DNA of 53,965 bases. Origin: a virus. Taxonomy: Duplodnaviria > Caudoviricetes. Position numbers and translations under genes: made by a program. The notes under the pieces were generated by a model, which saw only the letters and a list, made by a program, of their open reading frames with translations, was not told the origin of the DNA and ran no database searches. The stretch spans positions 1 to 53,965 of IMG/VR virus record IMGVR_UViG_3300031689_000007. One strand, written 5' to 3'. Position 1 is the first letter of the stretch, and each line of letters starts with the position of its first letter. Shown piece by piece: positions 8,720 through 18,500 of this stretch.

Positions 8720-10255
8720 ATGGAAATTTTGAGGGACAAAGCAATAATGCTACGGGTACGTAACCCAAAGCAAATAACAACAGTTATCCCCAACAGCAAG
8801 GAGCTACCTATGAACAAGGTTGTCGTAAAGTGGGGGTTAGATGAAGTTCTATCCCTGCGTTCGTTAAACATATTCGCACCATCACCGATTACAAAACGGT
8901 ACAGTTGGCCGGGGCAATACACGCCATTCGACCACCAAAAAGACACTGCGTCTTTTATGACGCTGAACAAGAAATCCTTTTGCTTTAACGAGCAGGGTAC
9001 AGGTAAAACTGCATCAGCCATATGGGCGGCGGACTATCTTATGACCCAAGGCAAAGTTAAACGTGTGCTTGTTGTATGTCCTTTGTCGATTATGGACAGC
9101 GCATGGCGCAACGATTTATTCTCTTTTGCTATGCATCGCACAGTAGATGTAGCGCACGGGGGCAAAGAGAAACGTAAGAAGATCATAAACAGTGGTGCTG
9201 AGTTTGTTATCATTAACTACGATGGCGTTGAAGTTGTTAGGGACGAGATTGCGGCGGGCGGATTTGATCTGTTTATCGTTGATGAAGCTACACACTACAA
9301 GAACGCGCAGACAAAGCGGTGGAAGACGTTAAATAAACTAATCAAGGAAGACGATTGGTTATGGATGATGACAGGTACACCCGCCGCGCAAAGCCCCGTC
9401 GATGCTTACGGCCTAGCCAAATTGGTCAACCCACTTTCCGTACCGAGGTTCTTCGGCGCATGGAGAGATATGGTGATGCACAAAGTCACGCAGTTCACTT
9501 ACAAACCGAAAGAGACTGCTAAAGATTCGGTACACCACGTACTGCAACCTGCAATCAGGTTTACCAAAGACGAGTGCCTTGACCTGCCAGACATAATATA
9601 TACCAAACGCTTTGTAGAAATGACCCCACAGCAGAAGAAGTATTACGAAACACTACGCAAACAAATGCTAATGCAGGTAGCAGGTGAGTCTGTGACTTCG
9701 GCCAACGCCGCGATCAACATGAACAAGCTCTTACAGATCAGCGCGGGTGCAGTTTATACTGACGATGGAGATTCGATAGAGTTTGACATCAAGAGCCGAT
9801 ACCAAGCGTTGAGGGAAACCATCGACGAGAGCAGTCAGAAAGTGTTGGTGTTCGTGCCGTTCCGTCATACGATTGACATGCTCACGAACAAACTACGCAA
9901 AGACGGTATTACGACAGAAGTTATACGAGGAGACGTCCCTGCGGCTAAACGCACAGAGATATTTGCACGGTTCCAGAACGAAGCCGATCCCAGAGTGCTA
10001 GTAATACAGCCTCAGTCTGCCGCGCATGGTGTGACCCTGACCGCGGCGAACACAATCGTGTGGTGGGGACCGACTTCTTCGCTAGAAACTTACCTACAAG
10101 CTAACGCACGTATTCACCGTGCAGGTCAGACGCACAAGTGTACTGTAATTCAGTTGGCGGGGTCTGCCGCAGAAAAACGTATTTACCGCATGCTAGACGA
10201 GCGCATAAACATACACACGGCTATGATAGATTTGTACAAAGAAGTGCTTGACTAA
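8720..10255 (+). CDS. SNF2-like SF2 helicase
   Basis: QGTGKT, VDEATH, MTGTP, HGVTLT and QANARIHRAGQ motifs. Confidence 0.93.
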   Translation: MEILRDKAIMLRVRNPKQITTVIPNSKELPMNKVVVKWGLDEVLSLRSLNIFAPSPITKRYSWPGQYTPFDHQKDTASFMTLNKKSFCFNEQGTGKTASAIWAADYLMTQGKVKRVLVVCPLSIMDSAWRNDLFSFAMHRTVDVAHGGKEKRKKIINSGAEFVIINYDGVEVVRDEIAAGGFDLFIVDEATHYKNAQTKRWKTLNKLIKEDDWLWMMTGTPAAQSPVDAYGLAKLVNPLSVPRFFGAWRDMVMHKVTQFTYKPKETAKDSVHHVLQPAIRFTKDECLDLPDIIYTKRFVEMTPQQKKYYETLRKQMLMQVAGESVTSANAAINMNKLLQISAGAVYTDDGDSIEFDIKSRYQALRETIDESSQKVLVFVPFRHTIDMLTNKLRKDGITTEVIRGDVPAAKRTEIFARFQNEADPRVLVIQPQSAAHGVTLTAANTIVWWGPTSSLETYLQANARIHRAGQTHKCTVIQLAGSAAEKRIYRMLDERINIHTAMIDLYKEVLD

Positions 10256-10275
10256 CTACCATACGATCGTATATG
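10248..10275 (+). promoter_or_regulatory. Possible sigma70-type promoter
   Basis: TTGACT-N16-TATATG upstream of the gene at 10307; overlaps an ACTACC operator half-site. Confidence 0.3.
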
Positions 10276-10306
10276 ACGGTAAGACAAGTATAAAACGGAG
10301 AACAAT

Positions 10307-10696
10307 ATGGCTGTGTCGGTAGACAAGTTAGTTAAGGCGTACACTAAGATACGCGACAAACGTTCGGAGCTATCTTCCAAATACAAAGAGGAAGAGGGTA
10401 AGCTCCGTGAACAACAAGACAAGGTAAAACTTGCTTTGTTGGAATATTGCAAAGAACACGAAGTCGACAGTGTACGCACTGCTTCGGGTTTGTTCTATCG
10501 CACTGTGAAGCAACGATATTGGACGAGCGACTGGGAGTCCATGCACAAGTTTATCATGGATAATGAACTCCCTGAGTTTTTCGAGAAGCGTTTAAACCAA
10601 ACCCATGTACGCCAGTTCATTGAGGAAAACCCTGACCTAGTTCCGGCAGGCCTTAATGTAGATTCTGAGTACGCAATCTCTGTGAGGAAAAAATGA
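10307..10696 (+). CDS. Phage replication-module protein with coiled-coil N-terminus
   Basis: GGAG SD; position between helicase and HTH genes. Confidence 0.8.
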   Translation: MAVSVDKLVKAYTKIRDKRSELSSKYKEEEGKLREQQDKVKLALLEYCKEHEVDSVRTASGLFYRTVKQRYWTSDWESMHKFIMDNELPEFFEKRLNQTHVRQFIEENPDLVPAGLNVDSEYAISVRKK

Positions 10697-10917
10697 GTGA
10701 CATCGAATCACCATACGTAAATATAAACAAGGTAGTGGATTACTTTCAAGTGTCCCTATCTACAGTTCGCAAGTGGATATACACAGGTAAAATCCCTGCT
10801 AGTACCTACATACGAGTCAACGATGTTTATCGGTTTCGGCTCGACGAAGTAGAAGCGGCACTAGCTTCTGAAACCAATAAGGCTCATAAAGAAGCCTCAA
10901 AAACAAAAGGAGAGTAG
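10693..10917 (+). CDS. Excisionase-like helix-turn-helix DNA-binding protein
   Basis: VVDYFQVSLSTVRKWI..GKIP...YRF pattern. Confidence 0.8.
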   Translation: MSDIESPYVNINKVVDYFQVSLSTVRKWIYTGKIPASTYIRVNDVYRFRLDEVEAALASETNKAHKEASKTKGE

Positions 10918-11634
10918 TTGATGGTAGACCTATTAACTTTCGGGAGTGGTGGTAGTCCTAATCGGATTAGCCTCCGTGGTGGACGTTTCCACTACTCCAT
11001 TGGCGGCGAGCACGTCAGCGCAAGTGATGGTCCTTTAAATTTAGTTATAGTGAACGCCGCAAAGCTGGCTCGTACTTACTATGAAGATGCGTACAATCCA
11101 GCAAGCCCCTCTGCCCCGACATGTTGGTCGCCAGATACGCAAAGACCATCTAAGGATGTTCCGATAGGCCGAAAGCAAGCTAACCGCTGTATGGACTGTC
11201 GACAAAACATCAAAGGTTCAAGCATCGGCGGAGGTCGAGCTTGTAGGTACTCGCAACGTCTAGCTGTCGTATTGGAAGGACAGATGAATACAGTTTATCA
11301 GATGCGTATCCCTGCTACGTCTATTTTTGGTAAAGACCAGAAAGGTGATAGGTCTATGCAGGGATACGCTAAGTACTTACACAGACACAAAACTTCATCA
11401 ATATCGGTGGTTACACAGGTACATTTTGATGAAAAGTCTGTGACACCTAAACTGTTTTTTAAGGCTGTTCGTGCGCTTAACGAACAAGAACTCAAGAAGG
11501 CGCTTGAACAGAAAAGTAGCTGTGCGGCAAGCATAGCTACCTTACAGACCGTGTCGGTTCAATTAGAAACCGCAAGGGACAACTCTCCGTTTACAGAAGT
11601 AAACGGTTTTGAATATAACAAAGGAGAATACTAA
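10918..11634 (+). CDS. Phage protein with four conserved-looking Cys (SSB-like/recombination accessory)
   Basis: RISLRGGRF, PTCWS, CMDC, GRACR motifs; start may be ATG 10921. Confidence 0.7.
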   Translation: MMVDLLTFGSGGSPNRISLRGGRFHYSIGGEHVSASDGPLNLVIVNAAKLARTYYEDAYNPASPSAPTCWSPDTQRPSKDVPIGRKQANRCMDCRQNIKGSSIGGGRACRYSQRLAVVLEGQMNTVYQMRIPATSIFGKDQKGDRSMQGYAKYLHRHKTSSISVVTQVHFDEKSVTPKLFFKAVRALNEQELKKALEQKSSCAASIATLQTVSVQLETARDNSPFTEVNGFEYNKGEY

Positions 11635-12341
11635 TGGCATCAGCCAAACAACTACAACTAATCAAGGGTGTCGAAGCCCACTACCCACGTCTTAATCAAA
11701 CATACAGATTTGATAGGAGTGTTCCCCCTAAAGGGAAGACAGTGCCTTGTGGCCCTACCGAAGAAAATGCAAAGTATGAGACAAAGTTTCGTATGAACAC
11801 TGCACAAGCTAAAGAATTGTATGATGCTATGGCATCTGCATACAAAGAAGCGGCGGAACCAAATTGGCCTGATATGCCGAAGCCTGCGGAAGTGTTTGAG
11901 AAAGACACAGACGGTAAGTATATCGGCGCGGCCCAACTAAAGGGTCAGTATTCCGGTGTTATTACCGAAAAACCTCTACAAGTGGACGCAAAGAATAGAA
12001 AATTACCTTCTGACTTTGAACTCACACACGGCAGTATTGTAAACATGGGGTTAACTCTTGTACCGTACAGCATGTCTACTCATGGCGTATCTTTACGGCT
12101 AAAGGCTGTGCAGGTTATAACATTAGCGGATAAGAAACAACATTCTCCGTTTGATACACAAGATGGTTTTTCTCTCGATGAAGATGATCCATCTGTCATA
12201 TTCGGGGATGTGGCTGACTCTGCTCCTGCTGAAGTAGATGAAATGCCCGAACCAGTAAAGGTCGCCAAGAAGAAAGAGGTATCTGCTCCCTCTGCTAGCG
12301 AGGTTGATCTTGCGTCTATCGTAGACAACTGGGACGACTGA
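11634..12341 (+). CDS. Single-stranded DNA-binding protein (T7 gp2.5/DUF2815-like)
   Basis: GS.VN, GVSLRLKAVQV; acidic C-terminal tail ending WDD. Confidence 0.8.
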   Translation: MASAKQLQLIKGVEAHYPRLNQTYRFDRSVPPKGKTVPCGPTEENAKYETKFRMNTAQAKELYDAMASAYKEAAEPNWPDMPKPAEVFEKDTDGKYIGAAQLKGQYSGVITEKPLQVDAKNRKLPSDFELTHGSIVNMGLTLVPYSMSTHGVSLRLKAVQVITLADKKQHSPFDTQDGFSLDEDDPSVIFGDVADSAPAEVDEMPEPVKVAKKKEVSAPSASEVDLASIVDNWDD

Positions 12342-12371
12342 GGGGTCAGTAACCTAGTTTAACGATAGGCA

Positions 12372-12420
12372 GTTGCGGCGGGTTTGTTACCCTTTCGAGA
12401 GCCCGCCGCGACATATTTTT
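12372..12420 (+). terminator. GC-rich hairpin plus T-tract just upstream of the primase RBS
   Basis: GTTGCGGCGGGTTT pairs with GAGCCCGCCGCGAC (G-U allowed), followed by ATATTTTT-GGAG. Confidence 0.55.
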
Positions 12421-12432
12421 GGAGCAGTAACA

Positions 12433-15252
12433 ATGAACAACTTAGATTTTTTAAAAGGATTACTCAGCGAGTCAGGGCACTATTGCGTGTTCGCCGTTAA
12501 AGGTAACGTACGCATACAAAAGTTTTACGATACTATTGAAGACACAGAAAGAGCTACACGTAAGTTTATAGCAGACGGGATGAACACATACTTCGCTTTG
12601 AGTACATTTAAAGAAACGACCAAAGATGCGGGACGCAAAGGCGCGAACGCACACGAGTTGAAGTCTTTCTTCCTCGACTTGGATTGTGGACCAACATACG
12701 AATACCCTACCAAAGAAGCCGCGGTATCTGCAGTACGTGATTTCTGTAAGAAGCTGTCGCTACCTAAACCCCTAATGATTAACAGTGGTCGAGGCGTACA
12801 TGTATATTGGCCTCTTACCGAAGCAGTTTCGGCGGAGCAGTGGCTTGTAGAAGCCGGCAGACTAAAGCGATGTTGTTCTGAGAACGGCTTGCTTGCTGAC
12901 CCTGCGGTTACTGCTGACGTTGTGCGTGTACTACGTATGCCGGGTTCAAAGAACTACAAAGAAGAGCCACCGCTACCAGTAGATTTCCTTGGTGTGTCTA
13001 TGCCAGAACCTATTGCGCTAGAAGACTTTACATCCAAGCTAGGGGTTCTAGCGAAGCCAGTTATTAAGGCCGACTTGGGTACTGATGCTCTTTACGAAGC
13101 CTACGCCGAGAATACTGAAAATGTTTTCAAGACAATCATTAAGAAGACTGTCGAAGGTCGAGGATGCGAGCAGTTAAAGCACATTGCTATGAACCAAGCA
13201 GAAGTGAGCGAGCCTCTATGGAGAGCAGGTCTATCTATTGCAAAGTTCTGCAGTGACGGGGATATGGCCGCGGTAAAGATATCAGAGAAACATCCCGCAT
13301 ACAACGAAGCAGATATGCGCAAGAAGACGGACGAGATCAAAGGCCCATACACCTGTGCAAGTTTTAACGACCTTAACGAAGGCACATGCCAAAACTGTAC
13401 TTTATGGGGCGAGATCAAATCCCCGATTGTACTGGGCAAGCGTATTCGGGAGTCCGAAGGCGAAGTGGTAGTATCAGCACCGATTCTAAAGGCCGGTATA
13501 AGGCAGTCGGAAGAGTTTGAGATACCAGAATACCCTAAGCCCTACTTCCGTGGAGCGGCGGGTGGCGTATTTTTACGAAGTAGCAACTCTGACGGGGACG
13601 TCGAAGAGGAGGTTATATACCACCACGACATTTATATTACTCGGCGTCTACATGACATCGAACTGGGCGAAACGTTAGTGTTCCGCTTACATTTACCAAA
13701 AGACGGTGTACGACAATTTAACGTGCCGCTTACCCATATAACTTCTCGTGAGGAGTTCCGTAAGTGCATGGCTAAAGAAGGCGTCACTTCATGGGGAAAG
13801 GCTCTAGATAAACTAATGGCATACACAACAAAATGGGTAGACGAACTGCAACGGACGACTGTGGCTGACGAGGCGCATCGCCAATTCGGTTGGGTCGGTG
13901 ACGATATGGAATCCTTTGTACTGGGAGGCAAGCTAGTCACTGCAACAGACGTCGACTTAAACCCTCCATCGGCAAAGACAGCAGGTTTGATTGACTCGTT
14001 CGAGCCCAAAGGCACACGTAAAAGGTGTGTTGAGCTAATGAATTTCTATAACAAACCGGGATATGAACTGCACCAGTACGTGTTGGGTATAGGTTTCGGC
14101 TCACCACTCATGGCTGTTACAGGTCTAAACAGTATGGCTGTACATCTTTATGGTGGTTCTGGAGTAGGTAAGACCACTGCTCAAATGGCGGCACTGGGTA
14201 TATGGGGCAGTCCTGACGACCTGATGAACAAACCCGAGGACACCCACAATTCGCGGATGAACCGTGGAGAGGTTATGCATAACATACCTCTAGTGTCTGA
14301 TGAGATGACTAACGTCACAGGTGAGCAGATGTCTGAGTATGTTTATCAGGTGTCTGGAGGGCGTCAGAAAAACCGCCTGTCTTCTAACGGCAACATCGAA
14401 CGCGTGCGGGGGAAACCTTGGCAACTACTGGCACTAAGCTCAGGTAACACAAGTGCATGGGAAGTATTGGGGCGGCACAAGGCTACACCAAAAGCAGAAA
14501 TGTATAGGATGTTCGAAATTCATGTGCAGAAGAAGCACTTTATTAAGGGGCACAACACCGAGACTACCCACCTGTTTAGTGACTTCAAGAATAACTACGG
14601 GCATATAGGGGTGGAGTATATACAGTGGGTTATCAACAACAAAGAAGAAGTGCGTCGCACAGTAGATGCTGTGCGTGAACGTATAGACAAAGCCGCGGGT
14701 CTCGGCCCCGAACATAGGTATTGGTCTAACGGTAACTCTGTTATTATCGCAGGGCTTATTATCGCTAAGAAGTTAGGCTTTGTGGATTACGATGTAGGTG
14801 CCGTATACAAATGGGTTGTAGGGGAGCTTATTTCCCGCAACAGCTATGTCAATGATGTAGGGTCATCTGTCACCCAGACACTCAACAACTACTTGTCAGA
14901 AAACTACAACAACATGCTCAAGATTGAGAGCACCGAAGACCTTCGTGGGAAGCACGAAAATGGTTTAGACCAACTTGTACCTATCGGCGCATCGCCCCGC
15001 GGGCATTTGGTTGCACGGTACGAGCCAGATACCAAGTTATTATTCCTGCGCCTCAAGCCATTCCGAGAGTGGTGTGTCGATCAGCAGATTAATTATCAAG
15101 GCGTAGTGGATGAATTGAAGAGTAAGCTAGGTGCAAAGCGAACAAAGAAACGCCTTACTAAAGGCACTGACTTCAACCTGCCACCGGATTGGGTGTTAGA
15201 GATGGAGTTTGCAGCGATGGAGCAAGATAGTGACGGATCAGAAGGTACTTAA
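12433..15252 (+). CDS. Primase-helicase (RepB/AEP-like N-terminus, DUF927 P-loop C-terminus)
   Basis: FLDLDCG, SGRGVHVYW, RVLRMPG; Cys cluster; Walker A GGSGVGKT, Walker B VSDE; ATG 12433 follows GGAG. Confidence 0.9.
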   Translation: MNNLDFLKGLLSESGHYCVFAVKGNVRIQKFYDTIEDTERATRKFIADGMNTYFALSTFKETTKDAGRKGANAHELKSFFLDLDCGPTYEYPTKEAAVSAVRDFCKKLSLPKPLMINSGRGVHVYWPLTEAVSAEQWLVEAGRLKRCCSENGLLADPAVTADVVRVLRMPGSKNYKEEPPLPVDFLGVSMPEPIALEDFTSKLGVLAKPVIKADLGTDALYEAYAENTENVFKTIIKKTVEGRGCEQLKHIAMNQAEVSEPLWRAGLSIAKFCSDGDMAAVKISEKHPAYNEADMRKKTDEIKGPYTCASFNDLNEGTCQNCTLWGEIKSPIVLGKRIRESEGEVVVSAPILKAGIRQSEEFEIPEYPKPYFRGAAGGVFLRSSNSDGDVEEEVIYHHDIYITRRLHDIELGETLVFRLHLPKDGVRQFNVPLTHITSREEFRKCMAKEGVTSWGKALDKLMAYTTKWVDELQRTTVADEAHRQFGWVGDDMESFVLGGKLVTATDVDLNPPSAKTAGLIDSFEPKGTRKRCVELMNFYNKPGYELHQYVLGIGFGSPLMAVTGLNSMAVHLYGGSGVGKTTAQMAALGIWGSPDDLMNKPEDTHNSRMNRGEVMHNIPLVSDEMTNVTGEQMSEYVYQVSGGRQKNRLSSNGNIERVRGKPWQLLALSSGNTSAWEVLGRHKATPKAEMYRMFEIHVQKKHFIKGHNTETTHLFSDFKNNYGHIGVEYIQWVINNKEEVRRTVDAVRERIDKAAGLGPEHRYWSNGNSVIIAGLIIAKKLGFVDYDVGAVYKWVVGELISRNSYVNDVGSSVTQTLNNYLSENYNNMLKIESTEDLRGKHENGLDQLVPIGASPRGHLVARYEPDTKLLFLRLKPFREWCVDQQINYQGVVDELKSKLGAKRTKKRLTKGTDFNLPPDWVLEMEFAAMEQDSDGSEGT

Positions 15253-15460
15253 AGTTGATGACCTAAACCCTGACGGGCTACGGGTCACTGTTAACTGGGA
15301 GAATATGGGCGAGGGGTCGTCTATATTCATCCCTTGCGTCAACACCGAGAAGGGCAAAGAACAACTAAACAAGGTCGCAAAGCTCAAAGAATGGGAGTTT
15401 GATACTCAAACCTGCATCGAAAACGGCAAATTAGGTTTACGGGCGTGGCGTACTGTGTAA
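15230..15460 (+). CDS. Hypothetical protein (..GLRAWR)
   Basis: GTG start after GGAG, in frame with the track ORF; last gene of the + arm. Confidence 0.65.
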   Translation: MTDQKVLKVDDLNPDGLRVTVNWENMGEGSSIFIPCVNTEKGKEQLNKVAKLKEWEFDTQTCIENGKLGLRAWRTV

Positions 15461-15510
15461 CAATACCCGTACGACATTCTCCTATAAATGTTGTTCTCAA
15501 CCTACTACTT

Positions 15511-15536
15511 GCCCTCACTTCGGTGGGGGCTTTTTT
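15511..15536 (+). terminator. Rho-independent terminator at the convergence of the two arms
   Basis: GCCCTCAC-TTCG-GTGGGGGC-TTTTTT. Confidence 0.85.
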
Positions 15537-15538
15537 CG

Positions 15539-18500
15539 TTAAAAGCCTTGGAAACCTTTGTCGTAATCCTCAACAACCGACTGCATGAATGGAGTATATG
15601 TCATACCGCCTGTCATGTTCGAAGTCGTACGTTCGAAACTACGCTGAGATCGTTCTTTAGCCTTCGTCCCGATGCGGGATTTCTCTGCGCCTCTCGGAAG
15701 ACCTTCGTTGTACTTGCTAATCAGGCGATCTGCCTCCTGCACCCCTTCACGATCCCCATTGCGTAGCGCCATGTTGCGGCGGCGTAGGAGTTTCGTACGT
15801 ACACTACTTACAGCTTCTTCACGACGCCGAGCGTTCTTGTTGAACTCAAGCTGTTGGATGTAAGCCTGTGGTGCAAACCCAAGCGCCTGCATTGCAGCAT
15901 TATACGCGTTTATGTCCTCAGTGATTGGGTCTCCACGACGCGTCGTTGCACCTTCATTGTAGAACCGTATGCCTTTAAGAAAGTTGCGGATAGCCGCAGG
16001 GACTACTGTTTCCACACCGCGCCTAACCGCCTGCATGTCCCCATCAACAAATCCTTGCCGCGCTTCACCACCGCCACGCAGGCCGCTAAGAGTAATACCT
16101 AGAACTGGGCCACCAATTTGCTCTGCGAACGTCCAGAGAGGGCTTTGATCTTTTTCGACAAGTGGTGGGCGGTATAATAAACTGTTAAGCGAGATACGGT
16201 TTGCTACGTCTATACCGAGTAGCTCGTTGGCTAAACCGCCATAGATACCTTCACCAGTGAATTTTCTTAATGCTGATTCGAAATCATCTTCATCATCATC
16301 TCTTAACATATTGTAAATAACGCCGAATGTACCCATCATTGGCATACCACCTGCACCTGCCATAACACCTGTAGAGATTAGGAAGTTACGTAGGCCCACT
16401 CGTGCGAGCTTGCGGTCTTTCCTGATCTGTTGTGCTTCGGCTTCGGTGACGCCCATATCTTGCATAATCTTAGCGACGTTTGTTGGTCCGATGGAGTCAT
16501 GCCCCAACTTATACATCATGTAGTATTTGGCGATAGCGAAGCGTTTGAATAAGAACAATACGTTACCAACGCCGGTTTGCGCCCATACTGGGCGACCCGC
16601 TGCCGCTGTTGAACCAAGAGTAAACTCGGTTGTCTCAATAGCTTTTTGTGCGGCGTCTCTGTAGTCCTGATCGGTAAGCTGTTTACCTTCGGCTTGTAGC
16701 TTCCTAACCTCTAGTGCGTACGATGCAGTGAGCGTTGTTTCTCTGTTAACGCGTTCCGAGTGATGGAACATGCCGCTAGTCCATCTATTTATGCCCTCTA
16801 GGGGCGCGTCACGACCGATCTCAAGACTTTCTTGGACCATAGACTGGTTGGACTGACCTTGGTCAGCGGCCATTCCGAACAGTATGTCGGCCCGAATCTT
16901 CTGCATTGCTGGCGGTAGCTGCTCGAATGTATAGTTGAAGGAAGACTTGCCAATAATACCCATCTTAACTTCTTGTTCTATAGGCTTGTTATCAGGGCCA
17001 GACACCATGATACCCCGTGTTTTAGGGGCGTTCATAATTAGGCGAGTAGCCTCGCCGTACGCGGCAGCAGTCTTACCTACTCCGTACTCTGCGGAGATAA
17101 ACGGCATAGCACTCATCGCAACGTCGAAGAAGGTGATCGCTGCTGACGAGAAGTTCATACCCATAGTCATGTTAAAGCCGACACCGTTAGCTACTTGTGA
17201 CCATCGAGGTACGTTAGGTTTTTGAGCGAACGCAGCGATCTGATCTAGCTTACGTGCTATATCCGCAGTCTCAGGGTTAGTAAGGAAGTTATCTTCTTTG
17301 AGCTTATTGCGGAACTTCTCAATCTCTGCCGCTGCTTGAATCTGCACGATCTGACGGTTTAGGTCACGACCTTTTTCTTTCATCATAGTGACAGCGTCAA
17401 ACTCAGTATCACCTATTTTAGTAGGCGTTTTGTCACCTATATAACCACGTACGTCTTTACGTCTGCGGAATCCCTGCATAAATGAACGCTCTGGCATTGC
17501 ATCTAAAGCTAGGTCTACAACACTCTGTACCGCATCATTGTAGCTTTTAGGGTCTTTAAAATTGTTTCTGGACAGCTCCATAGTCTGTAATATCTCGTAA
17601 ACGAACGAAGAACTTGGGACAGCTTTAAAATCCATATTCTGATCTGCACGAGTATACACAGGTTTAACACTAGCCTCGAGCTTGCCTGCTGCAACATCGA
17701 CCGCTATATTTTGTTCTGCAAGTTTAAACGCCTTGTCTAACTGTCGCCGATTCTGATAATACTCGACCGCCATTTCGCGTTGCCCGTTTTCATCAATGAA
17801 ATCGTACTGTAAGCGATGCTTACCTTTACGCATAAGAGGGAAGTACGGTTTAATAATACCGCTCTCTTTCATAAGAATATCTGATAGCTTCTCAAAGGCA
17901 GTGGCGCGTGTCTTAGGATCAGCAATAGACGCCTCTAGACGAGCGCGTAGGGCTGGAAGAATTTCGTCGTACGTATCTTGAAAGAAGTTACGCATCTGCC
18001 TATAGAACGCTTGGCCTTCTTTACCCATAGCTTTGTACTGCTTGCGCAGTGCATCGTAAGCCACCAAATCTTTTTGGTCAGGGTCTTTCATATTCTTAGC
18101 TTTAGTAGTCTTAGCTTCTTCGTGATTTTTGTTAAAGTTCTCTACCCAAGCAGTGCGGGCTTGCTCCGACTTAAATTCTTTTACAACAGATTTCTTAGCA
18201 ATAATATCGCTATACGCTGCTCTGTAAGAACTGTAGTATGACCGCGGCTTCGATGGGTCTACACGCAGTGCAGTAGACTTAGGGATTAGGTTGTTCATAA
18301 TCTTAGTAGCGGCTTTGTTTTTTCGAGTCCAACTTACATAGTTGTTGGTCATAGCGTCGAGCGCGTCATTTCGTGCTCGCATAGCCCCACTCATCTTACG
18401 GATAAGAATGTTTAACTCAGGTGCGTACGGTATTTTCTTTTTAGCAATATCCGCAAGAATACGAGAGTCTAGCGACCCAAGTATAATATTCTTTATGCCT

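Noticed and set aside
10693-10917. Excisionase-like HTH as proof of lysogeny
   Set aside because: No integrase, repressor or att site seen; such HTH proteins also occur in lytic phage replication modules.
12373-12432. Extended N-termini in the ORF track (12373, 3631, 29968)
   Set aside because: They run through hairpins or upstream genes; downstream starts have SD sequences or restore signal peptides.
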